33,005 nucleotides of DNA from Squatina squatina (lineage: Eukaryota): assembly GCA_031763465.1 (NCBI GenBank), contig JARFOE010000007.1, positions 3,720,484 to 3,753,488 on the forward strand, in the 5' to 3' direction. Shown here piece after piece: positions 11,985 to 22,620 of the stretch. The position numbers were made by a program, and so were the translations under genes. Under the pieces are notes generated by a model. That model ran no database searches, was not told the origin of the DNA, and saw nothing but the letters and a program-made list of their open reading frames with translations. Numbering within the stretch: the first letter of the stretch is position 1; the number at the start of each line of letters is the position of its first letter.

Positions 11985-12335
11985 GGAAAGAGAGCGGGAG
12001 AGGTTGAGAGGCGGAGAAGTTTAGGCAGGGAATTTCAGAGCTTAGGGCCTTGGCAACAGAAGATACAGCCACCAACGGTTGAGCGATTTATAATCAGGGA
12101 TGCTCAAGAGAGCAGAATTAGAGGAGCGCAGACATCTCAGGGGGGTTGTGGGGCTGGAGGAGATTACAGAGATAGGGAGGGGGCCGAGGCCATGGAGAGA
12201 TTTGAAAACAAGGATGAGAATTTTGAAATTGAGGCATTGCTTAACCAGAAGCCAATGTAGGTCAGCGAGCACACGGGTGGTGTGTGAGCGGGACTTGGTG
12301 AGAATTAGGACACAGGCAGCCGGGTTTTGGTTTGC
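11985..12335 (-). mobile_element. L2-clade LINE 3' fragment
   Basis: Minus strand encodes LADLHWLLVKQCLNFKILILVFKSLHGLGP, the L2 LHWLP.....FKIL signature. Confidence 0.85.
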
Positions 12336-12374
12336 CTTGCCTTCGGTTTATGTAGGAGGCCAGCCTGGAGTGCA

Positions 12375-12545
12375 TTGGACTAGTTAGCTCAGTTGTTAAG
12401 TGCGTCAGTGTGGAGCCAAGCTACAGAGATCAGGAAGATCGCGAGCAAACACTTCAGTAAGGGAACTGCAATTGGCTACTGCATGTCTGGACTTAGTAGA
12501 GAAAGAAATCCAGACCGAATTGCTGTCCTTGATCAGTAACCAGTA
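12375..12545 (+). mobile_element. Old tRNA-derived SINE fragment
   Basis: A-box-like tagctcagttgttaagtgc; the body resembles the element at 31610-31915 in opposite orientation. Confidence 0.4.
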
Positions 12546-13274
12546 AACCAGACCTGGTTGGGTACTGGCACGGCACCATTGGGACAATAGAACTCCTCAT
12601 TTTTCCCACTAGACTAGTTAATCCACTGATCAACACATGATAATGGAAACTGAAGATCTGTCCCTGTGAAGTATTGCCAGTTAATACATTGGCAGGTGAC
12701 ACACACCCAAGCCTTTTGGCCTTCATCAATACTGTGGAATGTGAATGCAAAAGGGCAAGTGGGAGCTCTTCTGAACTTCTGGCGAGCTGAGTCAACAGCT
12801 GAAAGCTTTGTGCATTCACAAGAGAGCTTTGGAGTGGATAGCTGGCCCTCTGGGCCACAGCAACTGCCAAACAACACTGAGTCCAACATAGCAAACATCA
12901 GGGAGGGAGGCAAATAGAGAAACACAGTTGGCCAAGAAAATTTAAATGTATGCAATGCGGGTTTTCTGGAATTTAATCTGCAGCTGATTACTAGAAAAAG
13001 TGCTGATCTGTATGTACGAAAGAGATGCGATTATTCCGGTAATTCACTGCAGCATACAATGGTTGCGAGCCAACTTTGATCTTGCAGCAAGGATTCAATG
13101 ATTACGGATCCTGTGAATGAAACATCCCAATTCTATAGGACAGACACAATGTGCAACTGGGAGAGGGTGGGGGAAGAGAAGAAGAGGGAAAAGGACATAA
13201 CAGGCCTGAAGTAATATTTTCAATAACCAAAATTGAATGCCTACTATAAAATCAGGATGGTAGCTTCCCTTTCC

Positions 13275-13515
13275 CCACACTAGCCCTCTGTTGGTCCCTC
13301 TCATTAAGAATGCTAATTTAACGTCAAATCAGGGGCAGCTCCGTGCTCTGGACTTGTGCCCACTTGGAAACTCAGCCGAGACTACCCAAACTCATTTTAC
13401 TCAAGACCCTAACAGAGAGCACAGAGAGATCTTCACTCCTTTAATCAGGCCCTGGATTGAAACCCGTTTCCAGAGATGAAACAGCAATACTGAAACTCAC
13501 TGCACTACCCGATTC
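13275..13515 (-). mobile_element. LF-SINE-like ancient SINE
   Basis: Minus strand has tttcatctctggaaacgggtttcaatccagg, gtaaaatgagtttgggtagtctcggctgagtttccaagtgggcacaagtcca and atttgacgttaaattagcattctt, collinear with recalled LF-SINE consensus blocks. Confidence 0.55.
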
Positions 13516-13809
13516 TGCAGTGGGATTGCCTTTTTAAAACAATAACCTATCCACGTGCACCGCTAGTTATTTCCTAAAGCCCAAATCTTATCCAGCAAAG
13601 GAAGAGTTGAATGACGGCCTTTGAGAGGAGCTTGTGATGTACTGAACTTATCAATCGTAGCTCTGACATACATTTAGTACATTTATTTTTTTTTTTTTTT
13701 AAATGGGTTNNNNNNNNNNNNNNNNNNNNNNNNNNNNNNNNNNNNNNNNNNNNNNNNNNNNNNNNNNNNNNNNNNNNNNNNNNNNNNNNNNNNNNNNNNN
13801 NNNNNNNNN

Positions 13810-14450
13810 CTGGCGTGTGGATGTCCCACACCTCCAGATTCAGCTTGAGATGGCGATTGAAGAGGTTGATGGAGTTGGCGTTGGTGAGAGCTGATGAGGA
13901 CGACTTGAATCTTGCCGACACCCAGCTGGTAGAATGCACGAGATGACAATATCTCTTTACTATGTAGACTCCAAAGACCCCAAAACATCCCCCTCGCTTA
14001 CATCTTTAAGGCGATTGTCTCTGGTTAGCAACTTCGACCATACCACATTCCTTTCCTATTGTTTGGTCATGTATCAGTTGGGGAGAGTCTCTATTCAGCT
14101 GGTTTTGATTATTCCAACTGATCTCATCCTGTTCTCAAAAGCCATTACTCAGGTCAAGATTCATTTACATAACGTACAGCCTCAAATCATTCAGCCAAGT
14201 GCAGTCTATATTGTGCAATCTGAGAATGCCATTTGGAAGCACAGACAATAGCTCATAACAAATCACAAAAAAGGAGTTCCCTCAGAAGGTCACAGATGGC
14301 CTTTAATTTCGTCAAGAGGGAGAATCTTCCCTCATTACATCATTTGTTCGATACATGGGCAGCCTGGTGTTATAACCAGCTTGTAATTTCCCTCCAAATC
14401 AGAGGGAGGCAGTCAGGCTCCTGAGCAATCAACTCATCCTGTACTAGTTG
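13810..14450 (-). mobile_element. Highly degraded CR1-like LINE ORF2 remnants
   Basis: Minus-strand peptides IWREITSWL*HQAAHV (cf. WI.SWL..R.Q.V) and WVSARFKSSSSALTNANSINLFNRHL (cf. V..WN.LP...V.A.SIN.FK..L). Confidence 0.35.
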
Positions 14451-15604
14451 GGATAGATTTACTCGGTTTGACCCAGCCCTGGACCAATAGGCGATGAAAG
14501 GACTACAGTGAGCAAGACTTTACATAAATTATCCAATCCTTCAAATTGAGCCTCTCGCTAGCCAATCATGAACTAGATCTGGCCATACATCTCATGGTCC
14601 AGACTGTCCCCATTGGACACTGGCTGCACCACAAGGCAGAGAAAGGACTTGAGAGAGAAGTAATACTAACAAAAATTATAGGAATACATTTGTAATCTTT
14701 ATGGGCTCTTTTCCTTCTATGGTGAGCGAACAAACAGTTACTTNNNNNNNNNNNNNNNNNNNNNNNNNNNNNNNNNNNNNNNNNNNNNNNNNNNNNNNNN
14801 NNNNNNNNNNNNNNNNNNNNNNNNNNNNNNNNNNNNNNNNNNNACCCAGGATGCAGAACCGTTCTATTCACAAAATAAAACCCAGCCTCTAGCAAGTGAC
14901 CCGAAAAATTCAGTGAACCTTTTAAACTGAAGGTTAATGACTTGCTCTGAGCAAATTAAACCAAGTGTTTAGCAGGTGCAGGCTTGTGGCAAAGGCCAAG
15001 ATCATCTTTGCTATTTAAACAGATTACCAGAGTGCTGCAAACGATAATTTTAAACACAAGGGAATGACGATTATTTCTTCAATTAGCAACAAGAAGCTGG
15101 TGTTTTAGTAAAATGTCCCAGCTGCGGACTCNNNNNNNNNNAGCTGCCGCAATGTTGGAGGAATTCGATATTAAAAGGTTGCCCATTAATAGGTTTGTTT
15201 TGTTATGCATTTATATACAGCAGATGCCCAACGCACAGCCCTGCATGCGGTGAGATTACGATTCACCCCATGCAGTAATAGTTCTGCTTTTGGTGCTTGC
15301 TGAAAGCCAGAGAATGAAGAATCGCCGGTCACCTGTGATTCTTGTTCAAGTTATACACTTGTTTTAGTTGCGTGTTGGGATAGAGAATGTCTCTCTGTGC
15401 CTTAGCGTCCTTCGTCCTGCTGACACTTCAACACCCAGTCAGCCGATGCAAGAATTAAAATTCATTTATAATTTTTATTCTCCTTTTCCGGTTATCTTTC
15501 TTTCTCTTTTGCCCCTGCACCCCACGTTGCATCCTTGCACCTTGAAACTCCACATTTAAAAAAGGAATTCTCAGAGAGAAGAGCGTTGAGATTGTTCGAT
15601 GTGG

Positions 15605-15765
15605 AGTTAGCTGTGGCTCAGTGGCTGGCACTCTCGCCTCCAAGGCAGAAGGTTGTAGGTTCAAGTCCCACTCCAGAAACTCGAGCACATAAATCTAGGC
15701 TGACATTCCCAGTGCAGTGCTGAGGGAGTGCCGCACTGTCGGATATGAGACCGCTTGTCCGACAT
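15605..15765 (+). mobile_element. Deu-domain SINE (SacSINE1-like), 5' part
   Basis: tRNA-like head gtggctcagtggctggcactctcgcctc...ggttcaagtcccactccaga, then cagtgctgagggagtgccgcactgtcggatatgagac. Confidence 0.8.
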
Positions 15766-15814
15766 CCAGTTCTGGATGAGCAGAAATTTTCACCAATTAA
15801 ACTCATTGAAACTT

Positions 15815-15883
15815 ATTATCTCATTGAAACTTACAACATTCCAGCAGGACTGGACAGACTAGATGCAGGAAGGATGTTCCCGA
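15815..15883 (+). mobile_element. CR1 fragment running into a gap
   Basis: Encodes LIETYNIPAGLDRLDAGRMFP, a CR1 ORF2 motif. Confidence 0.75.
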
Positions 15884-17029
15884 NNNNNNNNNNNNNNNNN
15901 NNNNNNNNNNNNNNNNNNNNNNNNNNNNNNNNNNNNNNNNNNNNNNNNNNNNNNNNNNNNNNNNNNNNNNNNNNNNNNNNNNNNNNNNNNNNNNNNNNNN
16001 NNNNNNNNNNNNNNNNNNNNNNNNNNNNNNNNNNNNNNNNNNNNNNNNNNNNNNNNNNNNNNNNNNNNNNNNNNNNNNNNNNNNNNNNNNNNNNNNNNNN
16101 NNNNNNNNNNNNNNNNNNNNNNNNNNNNNNNNNNNNNNNNNNNNNNNNNNNNNNNNNNNNNNNNNNNNNNNNNNNNNNNNNNNNNNNNNNNNNNNNNNNN
16201 NNNNNNNNNNNNNNNNNNNNNNNNNNNNNNNNNNNNNNNNNNNNNNNNNNNNNNNNNNNNNNNNNNNNNNNNNNNNNNNNNNNNACCTCGCTCAAACCAT
16301 TACAAAAGCAGCTTTTACTGATGCCAAAGCACCAACAGTGGACACGTTTCTGGACAATTTACCATCGTGGGAGTTGACAGCTTCTCAACGGCCAGAAAAA
16401 AAAAAGGGATTACAAGTATCTGACACTCTTGACCCGAATTCTCAGCGGTTCTAACAATTTTCTGGAGTTGCGTGAACATTTTCACAAGTCGACACTGACA
16501 ACAGACAATGTGCAAGCTTTTCTCAAGCAGATTCATGAAGCTCTGCATCAAAAGAACTCCCTCCCCGGAGCGCTGCTACTATTCCACTTCCCTTTCTTCT
16601 TGAGCATTACAATAGCAAGGATGCTGACCTTGAAATCAAGAGTCCTGGGACCCTTAGCCCTGGACTAACAAAAAGCTCTTTGGGGTCATTGTGAGAGTTC
16701 ACACATGGGAGTGCTGAGCCGAGCCTCTGTGTCCTCCTACACAGCTCAAGCAGCAGAATGGAGAACGTTGTATAGAAATGAAAAGGGATGAAGATAGAGA
16801 GAGTATCTGTACAGCTTATTAAAAATGTGTGAAAATGACTTATTATTCTGCCACACTAACACGGTTTGGGTTTNNNNNNNNNNNNNNNNNNNNNNNNNNN
16901 NNNNNNNNNNNNNNNNNNNNNNNNNNNNNNNNNNNNNNNNNNNNNNNNNNNNNNNNNNNNNNNNNNNNNNNNNGGGCTTTCCCTACAGATGCAAACTTCT
17001 CTGTCTCAACACATTCAGGCTCAAACACT

Positions 17030-17095
17030 TGAAAGAAAAAAAAGATTTGCATTTATATAGCGCTTTTCATGACCACCGGGCGTCCCAAAGCGCAA
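17030..17095 (-). mobile_element. L2/Deu-SINE 3' tail
   Basis: aaagatttgcatttatatagcgcttttcatgaccaccgggcgtcccaaagcgc. Confidence 0.7.
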
Positions 17096-17597
17096 GAGAA
17101 GAGAAACCAATCCCCCTAATCGAGCATTTTATCAAAAGCAACCTGGTTAAATATCAACAAGTGAGCCGTCAATAATAAAAGATAAAAAGGAAAGAAACAA
17201 AGTAACAAGTGCAAAATGAATTTCAATCTACCTTCAAAGCATGTGGAATTTTAGCAAATGTAATATAGTACGGAAGCAATGTGTAAATGGGAATTGGCTT
17301 AGCATCAAATTCTCACGTTATTATGTAGATGTAGTGTCTCAGAGATTTGGTGTAAAAAAAAAATTATAGCTTCCTTGAACTGTAAATGAGCTCCCACTGA
17401 AACTTTCCCACAGTACAAGATTAACTTGATATGTTCCATCTCGTACCCACTGACCAGCTGGAGCAGTTTGGTGAGAGACTAGTCAACTGTGTAACCGTAA
17501 ACCATTAATGAAAGGAATTTACAGAGTTTATCCTCTAACCAGGAATGGGCTCACAAAAAAAGACAGTTTCATTTTCCTTAATCTGTACCTTTTGCAG

Positions 17598-17789
17598 GTC
17601 TATCCTGAAACCCAATTGGCAAATGATGAAGTTACAGCACAGCCTGAATTCAACAAGTGGTTCAGTGACAGGCTGTCCTGCACGATTACTCTTCAACACT
17701 CTGCATTGGACATAGTTTCTGAAACATCTGTATATACATATTTGAACACAAAACACTATAAATACATAATTCCACAGGAAAAGTCAGAG
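17598..17789 (+). CDS. Candidate internal exon of an unidentified gene
   Basis: Strong acceptor (ttttccttaatctgtaccttttgcag) and donor (GAG|gtaagg). 192 nt = 64 codons, open only in phase 0: VYPETQLANDEVTAQPEFNKWFSDRLSCTITLQHSALDIVSETSVYTYLNTKHYKYIIPQEKSE. Confidence 0.45.
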
Positions 17790-17861
17790 GTAAGGAAGGT
17801 CATTCAGTCCACTGAAGTTCATCCTTCTAGAAATGAAGGATGACTGAAATCTAAATGAAGC

Positions 17862-18270
17862 CACCAGCTTGGCTCAGTTGGTAGCATTCTTGCCTCAGGT
17901 TCAGAAGGTTAAGAGCTCCAGCCCGGCTGCAGCATTTGTACCTAATCTAGGTTGGCATTCCAGTGCAGCACTGAGAGAAAGCTGCATCGTTGGAGGCGCT
18001 ACACTTCAGATGTAAAAGGAAACGCAGGCCTTATCTGTTCTGATCGTTCAAGTGGAAGTAAGAGATCCCATGGGTGTGAAGAAGAGTGAGGGGTTCTCCC
18101 AGTGTCCTGGCCAACATTCCTCCCTCAATTAACACTACCAAAACAAAGCAACTGGTCATCGGTCATTGCTGTCTGTCGGACCGTACTATGCACAACGTAG
18201 CTACTATGGTTGCCTACAAAACAGCGGTCAATGCATTTCAGAAGCAATTCATTGGATGTAAAGCACTTTA
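17862..18270 (+). mobile_element. Near full-length Deu-domain SINE (SacSINE1-like)
   Basis: tRNA-like head tggctcagttggtagcattcttgcctc, Deu core aagagatcccatgg...gaagaagagtgaggggttctcccagtgtcctggccaacattcc, and L2-like tail cattggatgtaaagcacttt. Confidence 0.8.
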
Positions 18271-19324
18271 GCATGCAATAAGGCAAGTTATTTCTGTGTT
18301 TTGGAATTTTTGTTACCTGTAAAAGCAGGTAAATATCGATGGTCTTGCCTATATTTAATGAATACACATAAATAACAGCTACATCTTATCTACAGTCAAA
18401 CAGCTTGTGAACTTCGATTATTTTAATTTCTCAAGTTGGGCTTGCGCTATTAAGATTTGCCAAAAAAAATCCACATCCTTCCACATTATATTAAGGNNNN
18501 NNNNNNNNNNNNNNNNNNNNNNNNNNNNNNNNNNNNNNNNNNNNNNNNNNNNNNNNNNNNNNNNNNNNNNNNNNNNNNNNNNNNNNNNNNNNNNNNNNNN
18601 NNNNNNNNNNNNNNNNNNNNNNNNNNNNNNNNNNNNNNNNNNNNNNNNNNNNNNNNNNNNNNNNNNNNNNNNNNNNNNNNNNNNNNNNNNNNNNNNNNNN
18701 NNNNNNNNNNNNNNNNNNNNNNNNNNNNNNNNNNNNNNNNNNNNNNNNNNNNNNNNNNNNNNNNNNNNNNNNNNNNNNNNNNNNNNNNNNNNNNNNNNNN
18801 NNNNNNNNNNNNNNNNNNNNNNNNNNNNNNNNNNNNNNNNNNNNNNNNNNNNNNNNNNNNNNNNNNNNNNNNNNNNNNNNNNNNNNNNNNNNNNNNNNNN
18901 NNNNNNNNNNNNNNNNNNNNNNNNNNNNNNNNNNNNNNNNNNNNNNNNNNNNNNNNNNNNNNNNNNNNNNNNNNNNNNNNNNNNNNNNNNNNNNNNNNNN
19001 NNNNNNNNNNNNNNNNNNNNNNNNNNNNNNNNNNNNNNNNNNNNNNNNNNNNNNNNNNNNNNNNNNNNNNNNNNNNNNNNNNNNNNNNNNNNNNNNNNNN
19101 NNNNNNNNNNNNNNNNNNNNNNNNNNNNNNNNNNNNNNNNNNNNNNNNNNNNNNNNNNNNNNNNNNNNNNNNNNNNNNNNNNNNNNNNNNNNNNNNNNNN
19201 NNNNNNNNNNNNNNNNNNNNNNNNNNNNNNNNNNNNNNNNNNNNNNNNNNNNNNNNNNNNNNNNNNNNNNNNNNNNNNNNNNNNNNNNNNNNNNNNNNNN
19301 NNNNNNNNNNNNNNNNNNNNNNNN

Positions 19325-19580
19325 GTCACATATAGGCCCAGACCGGGTAAGGACGGCAGATTTCCTTCCCTAATGAACATTGGTGTCCTGGCCAATATTT
19401 ATCCCTCAACCAATATCATTAAAATTGATTACTGTTTATGGGACCTTATGGTGTGCAAATTGGGTGCTGTGTTTCCTACATTTCAACAGGAACTACACTT
19501 CAGAAGTACTTCATTGGTTGTAAAAAAAAAACCTTTGGGACGTCCTGAGGTTATGAAAGACCGGTTTTAATGCCAGTCCC
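19325..19580. mobile_element. Composite: minus-strand SINE fragment (19325-19380) joined to the plus-strand 3' half of a Deu-SINE
   Basis: gtcacatataggcccagaccgggtaaggacggcagatttccttcccta, then ggtgtcctggccaatatttatccctcaacc...tttgggacgtcctgaggttatgaaag. Confidence 0.75.
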
Positions 19581-20419
19581 TTGTTTCCTTTCCCGGTTTT
19601 CTTCAACTGAGCACTGTGCTGACTCGTCTCTTTTTCTTCTTGCTCCCTTTGTACTGCACATATTCTCCAGGCTTCTCGCTTTCAGCTAGCACCAAGGTCA
19701 GCTTTGCCACATCTCTATTCCTGCCACCATTCCTCTTCACCTGTTTCTGCCTACAGCCTTGCGGTTAATGCTGACTTGATCAAAACACAGGTAGACAACA
19801 GACGCAACACAAAACACTGACCTTTTCTTTAAAATGACAATTCCCAATACCATGCTGGCAATCAGAGAGCCCTGACAAATAAAAGTAGAATGTTAATTAA
19901 GTAACAAAATAGGTCAAAAGCGATAAACAAGTACTGTAGGAAGACAATTAATTTTGAGATGTTTCTCTAATATGAATTCCTGGTATAAGACCTAAAGCAG
20001 AATTCAATTTTTGATCAAGAGACAATACAAAAACAACACCACCTAGAAATGACTGTCACCATAAAGGCAAACACTGGCAGTAATTCAGGGAGGCGAGTCC
20101 ATAAAACTGAGAGTGCAGCTTGGCGCTTGTTTGCTGATCAGCTGTGCTGCATTCTATATAGCCAGCAATGCAAGAAGTGTTCTATAACCTATTGCACACA
20201 ATTCAGGTGTAACTGCAATTAAGGCTATTAATACCAGCAGTTCATACCAGTTCATACAGGGAATGAACTGTAGTTATGAGCTTCCACATATAATTTGGGA
20301 GTTGGAGTGGAACCAGAATCTCTTGTGGTTTAGGTTTCCAGGAAATGACAATGTTGTTCTGTCTGCACAGCATGATGGGAGTTGAATTACGAGCACCCCT
20401 GGTACTCAGGTTGACTAAG

Positions 20420-20850
20420 GAACGTAAGAATTAGGAGCAGGAGTCGGCCATTCGGCCCCTTGAGCCTACTCTGTCATTCAATAAGATCATGGCTGATCTT
20501 CGACCTTAACTCCACTTTCCCACCCGAACTCCATATCCCTTGATTCCCCTCGCGTCCAAATATCTATCAATCTCAACCTTGAATATACTCAACGATTCAG
20601 CATCTGCAGCCCTTTGGGGTAGAGACTTCCAAAGATACACAACCCTCTGAGTGAAGAAATTCCACCTCATCTCAGTCTTAGATGGCCGACCCCTTATCCT
20701 GAGACTGTGACCCCTGGTTCTGGACTCCCCAGCCAGGGGAAACAACTCCCAGCATCTATTCTGTCAATCCCCCTCAGAATCTTATGTATTTCAATGAGAT
20801 CAGCTCTCATTCTTCTTAATTCCAGAGAGTATAGGCCTAATCTACTCAAT
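20420..20850 (-). mobile_element. CR1-type LINE 3' fragment
   Basis: Encodes FPLAGESRTRGHSLRIRGRPSKTEMRWNFFTQRVVYLWKSLPQRAADAESLSIFKVEIDRYLDARGIKGYG, with the canonical tail. Confidence 0.92.
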
Positions 20851-21525
20851 GGAAGATGAAAAAGAGTAGGAATAGACTGCCAGATGTGGAGAATGGTACC
20901 AAGGTCATACTGTCTATCCCCAGCATTACACTATCTAGTGGGTGCACTGCTAACAGAGGATTATTGAAGAGCTATGGTTTAGCGATGGTTTGTGACCAAA
21001 CTGTACCATTTCCTTCATAAAATGCTCCCAAAAAGCATATACAATCCAGATAGCACTGCCAGTGACCCTCAAGATCACCACAGTCCTACTGTGACCACCA
21101 GAACAGCATGATGAAGATAAGAACATGAGAACATAAGAAATAGAATGCTCAGTTCCTGGCGGGTCCCACAATACATTTATTTTGCAGCAACAATCTGTGC
21201 CAGGCTTAGCCGGCGGGAAGGTAGAGTGGAAGGTGGTGGCTATTTTCTTCAACCTAGAAGCAATGCACAGTTCTCTGGAAGGTACAGATGGCATTTCCCC
21301 TTGCAGCCACCCCTGTTGTACTGTTGTCCTGAGCGGAGAATGGCTTGGAGAAGAAAATCGAGTAATATTCCTTTCACTGAAGAAAACGATTGTGAATGAT
21401 ATATTTGCATTTGGAAAAAAAAATCAATAAAATGTTTTTTAAAAAACTACAGCTTCTATAATCATCGACAGGCTAATTTCATTGATGCTGATATTTCTGT
21501 GGTTGCTTTTTTCACTTTGTTACAG

Positions 21526-21609
21526 GAGGAGAAAAGACCGCACCCCAGAGACTACTGGGCCATCCCCTCCACTGCCTACACTGTACTAATGAGATGTGTT
21601 CGGGAAGGG
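21526..21609 (+). CDS. Candidate internal exon of an unidentified gene
   Basis: Acceptor ttttttcactttgttacag, donor GGG|gtaagg. 84 nt = 28 codons; phase 0 reads EEKRPHPRDYWAIPSTAYTVLMRCVREG (phase 1 is also open). Confidence 0.4.
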
Positions 21610-21773
21610 GTAAGGCTGTTAGTTGCCTCCTGAGAAATGAATAGATGCTTCAGATGTTGCAGTTTTTATATTTATGCAAGTGTGCTTTGTGTATATCATT
21701 TCCTAAATTAAAATTGCCGAGGGAAAGGCTCAGTCGCCGTGTCCCCATAGTGTTTTTTTTTGTTTCCATCAAG

Positions 21774-22025
21774 AAAGGTGCAGCGATGATTCCAGTCGCT
21801 TGGAATCACAGACCAGAACACCCATGGAAGTCTCCTCACCATCAGGGTGCTCCTCATCAGGAGGGTGCTCCTCATCAAGTGGATGCTCCTCACTACGAGG
21901 GGGCTCCTCACCGTGAGGGGTGTCCTCACGAGAAGGGTGCTCATCACAAGTCTCTGGTTCCTTGTTTCAAATTTGGAGTGTTTATCGACCGGGTTCCCCC
22001 CACACAACTTCTGTCATTGATTTAA
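21774..22025 (+). CDS. Candidate terminal exon of an unidentified gene with a His/Pro/Gly hexapeptide repeat
   Basis: Acceptor tttttttttgtttccatcaag after a 164-nt intron. Phase 0 reads KGAAMIPVAWNHRPEHPWKSPHHQGAPHQEGAPHQVDAPHYEGAPHREGCPHEKGAHHKSLVPCFKFGVFIDRVPPTQLLSLI*. Confidence 0.35.
   Translation, partial: KGAAMIPVAWNHRPEHPWKSPHHQGAPHQEGAPHQVDAPHYEGAPHREGCPHEKGAHHKSLVPCFKFGVFIDRVPPTQLLSLI
21831..21953 (+). repeat. 18-bp minisatellite, about 6.5 units (gctcctcaY-N6-ggK)
   Basis: Units start at 21831, 21849, 21867, 21885, 21903, 21921 and 21939. Confidence 0.9.
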
Positions 22026-22154
22026 TTTCCCCTTCTTGAGCTGCCCAATCCTAATGTCCCCATAATGGACGGCCTATCTGTATATCCCTCTGGGCACCCC
22101 TCTGTTTTCTTAGGTTTTGGGAGAGGAGGGAAAAGATCAGGAAAAGCTTCAGTT

Positions 22155-22207
22155 TTTTTTATTCGTTCCTGGGATGTGGGTGTCGCTGGCGAGGCCGGCA
22201 TTTATTG
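22155..22207 (-). mobile_element. LINE/SINE 3' tail truncated by a 10-N gap
   Basis: gttcctgggatgtgggtgtcgctggcgaggccggcatttattg, identical to the start of the element at about 22332. Confidence 0.75.
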
Positions 22208-22319
22208 NNNNNNNNNNATGTGGTTTCAAAAACAAATTAAAGTGATTATATGTGTTTGCACAGTATCAAAACTCTACTTGGGTCATAGTTTGTATTCTTA
22301 TTGCCTAGTGTGATTTGTT

Positions 22320-22620
22320 TTTTTAAAGTTTGTTCCTGGGATGTGGGTGTCGCTGGCGAGGCCGGCATTTATTGCCCATCCCTAGTTGCCCTTGAGAAGG
22401 TGGTGGTGAGTCACCTTCTTGAACCGCTGCAGTCCATGAGGTGAAGAGTGATGTTAGGGAGGGAGTTCGAGGATTTTGACCCAGCGACGATGAAAGAACG
22501 GTGATATATTTCCAAGTCAGGATGGCGTGTGATTTGAAGGGGACTTGAAGGTGATGGTGTTCCCATGCGCCTGCTGCACATGTCCTCCTTCTAAGTGGTA
22601 GAGGTTGTGGGTTTGGGCTT
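22320..22620 (-). mobile_element. CR1-clade LINE 3' end (second family)
   Basis: Minus strand reads PNPQPLPLRRTCAAGAWEHHHLQVP, then (frameshifted) GSKS.NSLP and GLQRFKKVTHHHLLKGN*, followed by the tail gggcaataaatgccggcctcgccagcgac. Confidence 0.85.

Noticed and set aside
15605-15680. tRNA gene
   Set aside because: A/B-box head of a Deu-SINE; no complete cloverleaf, and it continues into the SINE body.
18407-19570. Longest ORFs in the track (387, 325 and 292 aa), and similar ones at 15745-16377
   Set aside because: They consist almost entirely of X from N gaps.
20849-20870. ATG GAA GAT GAA as a possible SV2B start
   Set aside because: A stop follows after six codons and there is no SV2 N-terminal sequence (EGEYQG, ECGHGRFQW).
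20956-21020. Peptide echo WFSDGL*PNCTISF resembling WFSDRLSCTITL in the 17598 exon
   Set aside because: Very short, contains a stop, and has no extended nucleotide similarity; compatible with chance.
21831-21953. CRISPR-like reading of the constant/variable 18-bp repeat
   Set aside because: Vertebrate DNA, variable parts only 6 nt, and no cas genes; it is a minisatellite.
22155-22375. Tandem duplication of a LINE tail around a 10-N gap
   Set aside because: High-copy young repeat at a scaffold junction; likely independent copies or an assembly artefact.
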